55,709 nucleotides of DNA, from NCBI GenBank assembly GCA_021432655.1, contig MU271364.1, positions 26,331-82,039 of the forward strand, in the 5' to 3' direction. The notes below the pieces were generated by a model that was not told where the DNA came from, did not search any database, and saw only the letters and a list, made by a program, of their open reading frames with translations. The DNA is from Atractiella rhizophila. Lineage: Eukaryota. A program made the position numbers and the translations under genes. Of this stretch, positions 25,758-36,481 are shown piece after piece (position 1 is the first letter of the stretch; every line of letters begins with the position of its first letter).

Positions 25758-28235
25758 ATGTGAGAAAGTCCCTTCGTATCTTTCGTCCTCGTCCGAGTCG
25801 AGAACTGGCCAGAAACTGGACTGATCGGTGTCTGGACCTTTATTAGGAGCGCAGTTTCAACCTCCCTCGATCGTCCTCAACCTCCCTCTACCCCTCCCCA
25901 AACGCACCACCGCAACCAGCGCAAATCTACTCCCTCTCCCTCCCCCTCCCCATCCGGCGGCAGCTCCATCCTGCTCACCCCTAACACCTCCCGCGAAGTC
26001 TCTACCTCTCCGACCATCATCTCCGCCTCAACAGTCGCGAATTCACCTCCTCCATCGCCTCTTCATTCTTCAGGAGACTTCAAATTCTCCTCAGCCACCT
26101 TCACCGATCGATCGTTCTTTACGAAGCGGAAGAAGAATAAGAGGCCGCGTCTACCTTTACCGAAATCTTCGCTGAAGGAAGGACTCCGGTCGACGAATAG
26201 TTTGGGTTTGGATATTAGCATGGGAGGTAATAACCAATCAACAGCCACCCTCCCCGAGCATGAGGTGGATGAAGTCCAGTTCAGCCTTTTGAGCCTCTCA
26301 ATGCCCGATATCTCTGTCTCTAGGACAGAACAGAAGCAAAGTACTGAAGTTACTGAAGGAAATGGAGGAGAAGAGAAAGATCAGAAGCCGAGGTCCTCCG
26401 TCTCCTCGACCGGAAGTATCACGGTGAAGGGTGACGGGAGTGAAGGTGACAAGAATGATATTGGCGAAGCCGGTGTGAACGTTGTCGTGGAAGATGGAAG
26501 AAGCGGTGGTAGGCGGACGGCCAATTCTAGCTCCAGCATTCCTCGAGTCGAGCCATCATCTCAACGCAGCCCCCGGTTCGTTTCCCGAGAAAGCATCAGC
26601 ACCCACAGCTCAGTACTACAGCTCGTTCTTTCATTCCTCGAGCTCCTGGGGCCAGGCAGGTCAGACGCATCCAGTCTCAGCCGTCCGAGATTGTAGGGAA
26701 GCCAGCTGCAGTCCCTCCTATCCCTCCTGTCATTCAACCCCAGCCAACGAAAGAAGTTATTACTCCTGCGCCCCTTGCAGCAGCAAGCATCGACGAACGC
26801 GTTATTACGGAGACACTTTTTAATCCTTTAGCCACTCCATCCGGAATGGTAGCCCCTCAACCTTCTCCTCCCCTTCCCTCCTCCACAATGATTGGAGGCA
26901 ACAGCATGGTTACGAGTGAGAACTGGAATTCCTTCCTCCCTCCCAACTACTTTCACGCTCCGCCTCCTCCTCCACAAGGTCAAGGAGTCGGACTGGGGCT
27001 TTCAATGTACGGTAATCACCATCCCCAACAGCAGCAACAGCAACAGCAACCGCTGCAACGCTTTCTTCCGCCTCCAACAGCACCTTCTTTCAACTCCCTT
27101 GGGAGAGGAACGGCTCCCGCGAGCGTCTATCACCGCCCTCATCTCCCAACATCGATGACTCGCATCACCGATCCTCGACGGTACGATATTCATCGATGGT
27201 GACAGATGAGAACGAGACTGACCTTTTTTGTCATTTGGTGATAGGCTTCCTCATCCGCCTCAAGGAAGAAGAAAAGGTCGTTGCAAGTTCTTCAACACTG
27301 GCAAAGGATTTGGTTTTATCATTGACATGGGTCGTGGTACCTGGGATGATAATGAAGAAGCGAACAACAGCAATCAAGTAAGAGATGAAACCGTCGGGCT
27401 GTGGGGTCAAGAGGTGTTCACCCATTATAGCGCCATAAGACCAGAGCCGGGGCGACCGCTCAAATTCAGATCTATCGCTGAAGGCGAATTGGTTGAATAC
27501 TACGTCATCTTGGGAGATAAGGGTTATACCGCTCTTGATGTTTGGTAAGCCCTAATAACACTATCCACCAGACATACTGACCAGTCGTACAGTGGTCCTC
27601 AGGGTACGTAGTGGACAACAATATGAATGGTGAAAATTAATCAAATCACAGGTCGACCGGTAGCTGGAGCGGTTCCCCAATCGCCTCCAACAACGAGCGA
27701 ACATCTTCCCCAACCCTCCGTCATTCCCTCCTCCTCGCCACATGAGGGCTTCTTGGGATGGGGAGGAGCAGGGCTCGAGTTGACGCCTTCCGATCAATTC
27801 AGCTCCCCCGGAACTCTTGGGTCTCCTAATCCTCAGGGTACCTTCAGTTCCCCTGTCTCATCTTTTGGATTCAGCTCGCCTCCACAATCGACGCAGCTTC
27901 CCTACTTTTATCCATTTGTCTCCATGTTCCCTACTTATCCGTACGCTCTCCCTCCCGTTCAACAACAATTCCAACCTCAATCCGGTCAACCGAACGCGAA
28001 TCAAAACCCCAACCCTATATTAGCTCAAGAAGGATTTTATGGTCCATCTTCTCAGCCTCAACAGGTGTCGGGAATGTCGCCCTTCGCACCGACTAGGCAG
28101 GAAGGATCCGTATTTGATCAAGCCACCGGGAGCATGGGACGGGCTCAGGCTCAAGGATGGCAAGGAACGTATTCTCAACCAGGCGGAATGATGAATCATC
28201 CGACTTTCTGGGAGCAACAAGCACACCCTCATTAA
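25758..28235 (+). CDS. Cold-shock-domain RNA-binding protein 2 with long disordered N- and C-termini
   Basis: GRRKGRCKFFNTGKGFGFIID...EVFTHYSAIR...FRSIAEGELVEYYV..GDKGYTALDVC|GPQG|RPVAG. The 5' part is less certain: AT|G is split by an intron and the frame breaks near 26575. Confidence 0.85.
27026..27049 (+). repeat. CAA/CAG tract encoding poly-Q (8 Q)
   Basis: caacagcagcaacagcaacagcaa inside CSD gene 2. Confidence 0.9.
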
Positions 28236-29802
28236 TACCTTTCTTATCTCCAGCATATCCACGTCTGGGTGAACCTTTTCTTATGGTTAACGAAAGAAAC
28301 GACGATTAGTTTATTTACCAGCTCCTTTATGCTATATCCAAGCAGTCAAAGTTTTAGCATCAACATCCATCTCAGAGTTTATATCAAGAACCGTTTTTAT
28401 GACCCCTTCTTCCTCTTTTTCGGGATGTCTCTCTTTTTGCTCTTCCTCTTGTTAGTTGATTCCATCTCTCCCTTTGATATGCCTTGCCTCTGATCTTTAT
28501 TCTTTATACGTGCTAATGTTGCAGTCTTGCACGTACATTGTTGGTAAAACCAAGCAGAGAAGTTCCGATGTTCGATGTTGAATTTAAACAACCGCTAACC
28601 AAACAAACCAGCCAAGATGAATCAAGCTCGCAGTTCTCTGTTTCTTAGCTTTTCTGCTTTCTGAATGGCTTTAACGAATCTACTTTTCCATCGTTGTAGT
28701 TGTTAGTCTGTGAGAATGTTGTAGACGATTGTGGACTACTTGTTTTGACTCTGTATACTCATAACGAGTTTGGTTGATCAGTTAAGAGTATTTCCCTCCT
28801 TGTCTCTGTCCTTCTGCCTTATCGATTTATCTACTCTACTCTTTCAATCACCGTTTCACAAGTTGATGATTTATCGATTTATGTATGTATTCAGTGTCCA
28901 AGCTGAGGATCAATGCCAATGCCATGTCTCACTGCTCCAGACTCCAAATTCCATCGGTAACGATGTGACGTTAAGCCAAGTCCATCTGGTAATTGAGCAC
29001 TCGTGAAGATTGAAGCGTGAAGTCACCAGAAGGACATAACAACATTGCTTAAGCTGGTCCACGGGAAGCAATACTTCGCATCTACCCCCTAAGAAAAATA
29101 TTGAATGACGACTGAACAAAGAAACAGACCGCTTCAGCTATCCTGAATACCTCAGCTTAGAAAGCTGGAAGGATGAGACAGTGTAAATATTTCATGCTGC
29201 ACGGCAACAAATTCAACGATATCTGATAGGGATATCAAAAGTATCTCGAATTTACACTCTTGATGTCTATTGCGCACAGCCTGCTAGATAATAAAGGTGC
29301 GCAGATTGTACATATTTAACAAGTGGACAACTAGTACGGTTGCTTGCAATCCTACTCCTTCGTCTGTAGAGGTTGGAAATGAGAGGAGAGCTTGTCAGAC
29401 GGACGGGTCAAAGTTAAATATCGGGGAACTTGAAACGTCAACCAAACCTCACTTCACGAGCTAGTTACAAAACACGAGAAAATACGCACCAATGTTTCTA
29501 ATAAACCCTCTTCACGACAACAACCAATTCGCGCAGTATTTACCTCTCACATGAACTCCTCCTACACCTAAGCCTGCAAGAAACACTTAAAACGTCTTTT
29601 TTGTCAGCTCCCTCAGACTCTCGGAAGTGGTGGACAACAAGAAAAATCAGGTGTCAAATAAAGTTTGGGCGACTGCGACACGCTCACAATTGTCACGAGA
29701 CTTCAGCGCGATTCAACGCTTCAGCTTCAGCAGCGAGTACAAACAACAACGATCAAGCTGAACGTGTTGTAAATTCTAGAGGCCAGTTAAAGCTTCCCAA
29801 TA

Positions 29803-32215
29803 ATGGAAAAAGATACGGTAGAGATGGGACTAGAAGTAGATATTGTACCAGAGCTACAAGCTCAGCCTGTTCAGGAGTCAAATCAGGGCAGGTTCAAGGG
29901 GGATAACGGTGTTGATGCTGAAGGTGTGTTCCGAACTTCACACCTGACAAGATATAAATGAAGCTCCATTTGTCAGAAAAAGTACCTGCTATGTCGACGC
30001 GTCGGAGGAATCATCTGCCGTCCTTTGCAGAGTCGCAATTCGAAGTCATTCTTCGTCGTCAATTGTTACGGCCTCGTTTAGGTGGAGGCTCAAAAGCCCC
30101 TCCATTTACAAATGCATCTGAACCGTGGAAGTTCAGTGGTTGGGGAACCACAAGGTATTTGGAGCTTACAAACGATGACTTGAACCAAGCAGAGGATCGG
30201 ATGAAAGAAGATGAGAAGAAGAGGACTTTGGGAGCGTGGACTGCAAGCGCCGTAGCTAGCAATGCGGTTACTGGGAGCATTTTCTACGCATTCCCTCCTC
30301 TTACTGCTGCTATTGGGGTTTAGTCCGTCTCTCTCGTTGTAGATATCAGACCGACTGACACATTTACGGATAGTTCGCCAATCTCCCTGACCATTGCGAC
30401 TCTACTTCTATTCCTTTATCGTCCTATCATGTCTCGCCTAGCTACAGCATTTCCCCATGCCGGTTCCAACTATCTCTATCTCCTTAACACGACTTCAAAG
30501 TCATTTGCAGTACTCGCGGCCGCGCTCACACTGCTCGACTACCTCCTCACGGCTCTAACGACCTCGTCAACAGCAGCCGTCTATATTGCCTCTTCCACCT
30601 CTCTTCCATTCCCAACTTTCGTGCTTCCCATCTTGATCATCCTCTTCTTCAGCGTCGGAACACTGGCTGGCGTCAGGGATGGATATCGCACAGCGCTCTT
30701 TGTTTCTTCACTCCACGCACTCTCCGTCGGTGTGCTAGCTGTTGCTGGCGTCGTAACATGGGCAAAAAATGGAGGAGATATCCTGAAGAGCAATTGGGAA
30801 GATAGGAAAGTTAGGAGTGCTAGCGGAATAGCGAAAACAATCTTTGATGGGATCTGCATTGCTTTTCTTGGACTCACAGGTTTCGAATGTGCTTCCCCTT
30901 TTTATCGCTCTCAATTTGACCGGAGACTGATGGACCCGTTCTCGCAGGTGCACCTGAATGTATTACGTCTGTCCAACCGAAAGACTATTCTCGAGTCCTT
31001 CGGAACCTTCATATTCCAGCAATGCTCTTCAATGGCCCACTCCTGCTGATCACTTATGCGGTTCTCACTGATGTTGATCTTCAAGAGTCGGGAAACATTC
31101 TCGCCACCCTTGGAAGTAGAGCAGGAGGGCGGTGGTTGGAGATTTGGATCGTGACAGACGCCGCTGTGGTTCTATCTTTCGGAGTGCTCACAGGTTGGGA
31201 ACGATTCACTCCAAGTTCTTTGCCCCCTGACTGATATCAACTCACAGGTATCCTTAGTACGATAAGTCTTATCCAGCGTTTATCGGTCGATCGAGTTATC
31301 CCTTCCTTCTTCACCCAAGAGGTGACATGGGCAAAAACACCCCCATGGAGCATACTTGCATTTGTGTTCCTCTCCGGCGTTCTATACGCAACCACAGCTG
31401 CAGACATCGTGATTATATCTCAAATGTGCGTGGTCCTTTCTCTTACAAAACGGCCCATCTGAATAGGTACAAGTTTTACAGTCGTCTGGCTTACAGTTAT
31501 GTTCCTCTTCCCAGTCGCATACATATTCCTGGTGCTCAAACGACCTTCGATTATCCCATCCGGAGAAAATTATATTTGGCTTGCTCTTTTCACCGTCATC
31601 CTCATCGTCGTTGTCACTGTCAACAATCTGGTGCTGAATATCAAGACTCTTCTCTTCTTCAGCGCTTATTCGGCAGTTGTCTGGGGATTCCTTGAAGCTT
31701 CTCGTCGAAAGGCCGGACTGCTCAAAATACTTCACTACGTCGCTTCTAACGGGAGGTGGATCCGTACAAGAAGATCGAACTGGAGCACTCGCCTAGGAAC
31801 GATGATCGTGGCACAAAGGAAAGAACCTGTTTGCATTCTAATAAAGACTGACAATGTCTGTGCTCCGCCCTTCAGAAAAATTAACGCTGATCTACATATC
31901 CAGATACATACTCTCCTCTCCTGCCTACTCTACGTTTCGCGGAATGAAGACACATCTCTTGTCTGGCTCATTCACTGCTACGACAAAATTGAAAGCGTCC
32001 CATCGGAGCTGGAGGCGAACCACAAAATTCTTGACGAAGCATTCCCTGATATAACAGTGGATCTTGTTTTTGTTCAAGCCCAATTCTCTCCTCAAACGGT
32101 CAACGCTATTTCTGCAAAGCTCGAGGTACCTATGGGTAACATGTTCATGAATGCTTCCAAGGTAAAAGCGGCAGGAACAGTCGCATTCGATAAAGTCAGG
32201 ATCATTGGCCCTTGA
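29803..32215 (+). CDS. APC-superfamily permease with a C-terminal soluble domain; multi-exon
   Basis: LGAWTASAVASNAVTGSIFYAFP; GSNYLYLLNTTSK..AAALTLLDY; AFLGLTGFEC; LEANHKILDEAFPDITVDLVFV. Confidence 0.9.
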
Positions 32216-32741
32216 ATCGGGTCCTTCCTTCTCATTCTCCCTTCCTTTAATCTGCATCCTGTTTGAAGTTTAGTCGCATTCAGTACATTGGTTCATTTTG
32301 CATGTGACAATACGTAGATTACAATTCTTAAGGCACAATATTGTACATTATATGCTGATAGTTAACAACTGCGTTCTTCCTCCTCCTGGCTCTGACAACG
32401 CAATCATCATTTTCTTTCATGCATGTTTCCAGCTGTGTGGTAGCGACGAAATGACAGAAAGTGCATTGCAGAGCTATAGGTGTATCAAGTGTACTTGGGT
32501 TGAGCCAAACCCAGAAAGAACCACGTGTACAAGTTGAACATCTCAAGCTCTAGCCCGAAAGGAACGAGAGGATAATGGTGTTGTGCGCCATCAGAAGCAT
32601 GGGAAATCGTCGGTGGTTAAGACAGAATCTCAGCAACACTATCGTGCCTAAGTAAATCGAGAATGGGGAACCACGACAGTGTACCTCGAGTCGGATAGCC
32701 CTTCAGCCCCGCTGGAACTCATCCAATCCTTCCTTTGGTCC

Positions 32742-33084
32742 TCAATTCCGATCGAGCTGCTTCATGTCTGCTGGCAGTGGAATTGAACCTTTATGCTGTC
32801 TTGGGAAGATTGGTCTAAGTGGGGAGCCACTGCCACCGTAAGGAAACGAGCTCGAGAAGCCACTAACGGCTCCGTTTTCTGGGATATGTAGACTTGAGAG
32901 GGAAGGTTGCCTATGGCTATACGTTAGCGTGGCAGTGTGCTGAGGAGTTCCAGTTTGAGCCTGCCCGCAGAAGAAGAGAGCGTTTCGAATACGGGCTATG
33001 ACGCGTCTCGCCCACTCGAATACCATACCGATGCTGAGCCGACTGAGCTCGGTCTCTGAAGGCTAGATGAGAACGCCCAGGCAT
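32742..33084 (-). CDS. Possible small spliced orphan ORF (~75 aa)
   Basis: An intron with gtatgg donor, gctaac branch and tag acceptor joins MPGRSHLAFRDRAQSAQH to RQPSLSSLHIPE...DRN* in frame. TATAAAA lies only a few nt before the ATG, which argues against this start. Confidence 0.25.
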
Positions 33085-33251
33085 CGTTTTATACCCAGCA
33101 GCACCGTTCCTCAAAAATGCGTGGACACGTTCTTTGTACTTTATGGTCGCGTCGTTGTAAAGGAATACCGTTGAAGACCTTGTCCACTGTTTGAAACTTT
33201 GTTCCAGTTGAGGGATAAATGTACTCCTTGCACAGCTCCATAACCAAAACA

Positions 33252-36228
33252 CTAATCGACGATGATAGATGGGATGGGGCTGTCGTCGTCGCTGCTTTCC
33301 TCGTCCTGCTCCATTGCAGTCGGATCGCCAGCATTGATCGCCACATTCTCATCTTGCTGAACGAAGGAGGGAACGACCTCTGCGACCGCAGAATCTTGTG
33401 GAATGGTTGAAGGAGCATGCGAAGGGAGTTGCTGGACGGATAAGACAGGAGTATGCCGAACTGGCTCTACAGCGTGTTGCAGAATTGGAGAAACTGGATG
33501 GACGATAGCGGATGTGGGTTTTGGGAGGGAGTCTTCATCTATCTCCATCTGCTGATCCTGTGGCGGCGCCTCTTCTGCAGGTGGTGCTGCTACCACGGAG
33601 CCGTTCGTGTAGTGTATAGGTTCAGTGTGCAAAGGTCCACCAACCCTGCTTTCCTCGGCGAGCAGAACAGCATGACTGGGGACGAAAGGTGGTAATCGAG
33701 GATGTATGATGGTCATGCACAGGTTCATGCCCTCACGTCCGAGATTTGCAAGCTGTACCAGAGTTCCGTTCATTAGTGGTGTTTCGAGTAATTTTTTGTA
33801 ACAAACCTCAAGGCTAGCGCTACTCTGAGCTAGGTGGAACGCATGCATCACTTGCTCTAGTAAACCAGGCTTTGTCCCAACCCATTCCTCCCCTCCAACC
33901 TTGACAATCGTCAGTAAGCAAGCGTAAACAAGGGAAGGTGTAGCATCCGAAATCTCCGACAGCTGAGGTCGCGTGGAGCAGACCAGAAGAGTTCTGAAGA
34001 CAAGCGAGAGAACTGGGCCGGGAAGGAAATGACTGATTGGATGTCCCAATAATCGGTTCAATGCTAGGTCAAAACGAGGTGAGTGAACAGCGGTGATTGT
34101 GGGAAGGGGCATACTGGATAGAGCTGCATTAGCCGAACGAACGCGACTCTCGCTCAACGCGCTGCTTTGAACTTCCAATGTCAAACTCTTTGTCACACCC
34201 TTGCTCTCCATGTCTTCGCTCATCACAGAACCAATCTCGTCCACTAAAGATCGAACTATTCGAGCGTAACCTTTGGCGGCGAAGTCCGGATCGTATATGA
34301 CAGAATGCTTCATGACGATGGAATAGGAAGCCAAGAGTGTGGAGCGTATAGGCCTACACAGCGTCGATAATGATGTTCTTTAGAAGAGAGAAACATACGA
34401 GTGTGGTGAGCAATCATTTATGGCAGCCTCGACAGTATTGAGTATTCGTTCCAAGTCCGTACCAAGGTACTTTCCGAGTCTGAACTTCACTCGTAAACAC
34501 ATATAGATTCCAGAATCGAAAGGTACATACGATGCAGCGGTTTGCGCAAGAAGCCTCGCAGCCGCTATAGCGAAAGAATGCCCAATGTAAATGTATTCAC
34601 CCTGTACACAGTTTTAGAATCAGGATATGGTGAAGGGGATAGAACAAACCTTCATAAGCTTCGTTCTCTCTATCAACGCGGTTGCACTTGTAACAATATG
34701 TCCAATGGGGACTTCGATCGTGTCGGCACTCGCCGTCCCACTTCTCAGCATCAAGCAGATGAGCTTAACCAGTCCGTCGATTCTCTCCACACGTGACGAC
34801 ATGTCGATGGAAGTTGGAGGGAGAGGGGCGAGAGGTAACGGCGCCAAAGCGAATAAGGCATCTGTTTCTGTTTACTTGCTGTAAGTTAGACAGAGTCGCA
34901 GGCAAGATGGTGACGAACGAGGATCACTTGTCCGTGTTCCTGTGACAACAACAAGGATATCCCGGCTGTATGCTTCAATGGATGCCAACGCTCCTTCCAC
35001 CGTCTTTCTCCAAGCCTTTCCAGCTCCACTATCCTTCCCCTTCGACGCCAAAACATAAAGAGAACCCAAAACCTGAATCGATTCAGGGCTGGAAGGAAAA
35101 GATTGAATGGCGGCGTTCTGAAACTGGGACGAGAGGGGTCGCAAACCGTTCGGAAAGTGTTTGATGAGGGAAGGAAGGGCACGAAAGACGATTGCTTGGT
35201 TGGGCGTATCGGTTTCGCTGTTCTTGAGGAGCAGTGCGACAAGCTTCTGCACGGTTTGAGCACTCAGGTTCTCTCTTGTCCAAGCTGCCATGGGTCGTGA
35301 AAGGACGCAAATCCGTTTGAACAATGATATGGCCAAGGTAAGCATTTCAGGTGAAGATCCGGTATTCTATCCGGAGAAGTAAATTATCATCAGCGGTGTC
35401 CCGTTTTGCAACGACTACGGGCTATTCGAATTTGATTTTGACTATGTTGGTGCAGCGTCTCATTTTGCTGTAAATGATGCCTATGTGAACATGGACATAG
35501 ATGGGCAAACACCAGAATGTCATTGCAATGAACAAGCAACTTGGTTTTGACAGCTTCTGGTATGGAATGACCGAAGGAGTCCGACAATTGAGCTCACATG
35601 CATTATGCAAAGATGGGACAGATTTGATTGGAGGTTGATTTCCAGCCATGAATCGAATAAATGCAAGAATGCGGTCTGACATGACATGAAAAAGCACAAG
35701 CATCAACGGCGAGAAGGCCTGCTTCCCACGTCTGAAGAATTTCAAGGAACACAAAGACGATCTGTCGCTCCTGTAAGCTCGTGCACAAAGTCCAACAGCG
35801 GAGCAAGCAGCAAAGAATTAACCGAGAAGGAAAACGGCGCTCTTCAGCCTAAATTCCCCTTCATCCACATCAAATCCACTCACAGAAAACACGGCCTGCA
35901 CCACCCCAATCCAAGCTCTTCCGTGCTCCGTGACCGCCTCCTCTCCTCCCTGTGCTGCCGTCTCGTCCATCAGCTCCAGCGCTATCTTTCTGCTGTTCGC
36001 GCTTCCACCACCACTACCACTTGTGGAAGAAGACATTGAACGCTCATCAGCCCATAGTGCTAAGAGTTTGTTGTTCCACCTCTTCCATTCTGCCCTCTCC
36101 TTCTCTTTGCTGTCTTTCGCGTGGTCGGAGTTGGACAGAGCGAGGGAGACGGCTTGAGAGTTTCGAAGCAGGGACGGGAGATGCGCGGGCAGAGGCGGCG
36201 AAAGCAGGGGCAGCAGAGCGCCCAGCAT
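33252..36228 (-). CDS. RIX1: Pre-rRNA processing protein Rix1/PELP1 (rixosome)
   Basis: Helical N-terminus (KRWNNKLLAL, EHGRAWIG, WTRENL, LIKHFPNGLRPL, AWRKTVEGAL), TIIHPRLPP, and an acidic tail ending DDDSPIPSIIVD, as in fungal Rix1. Confidence 0.85.
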
Positions 36229-36481
36229 GTTATGGATGAGGCTTTCGTTGGTTCCACTTGGTTATGTTGATCGAAAAAAAAATATTGGAGACGCGAACCA
36301 CGTGATGGTACGTTACGTCGGCTGTCCGATGGTTGAAGTTGAAAAGAACGACGAATCCGTCAATTTCCATCAGATCTCCTCTTTTTTGCCGTCTTTTTGC
36401 AGCATCTCCACCGTAATTGCTCAGTAGCGGCTGACTAGGAACAGGCGACAGATGAGAGAAGGGAGAGTCGTGGTGGAAGAG

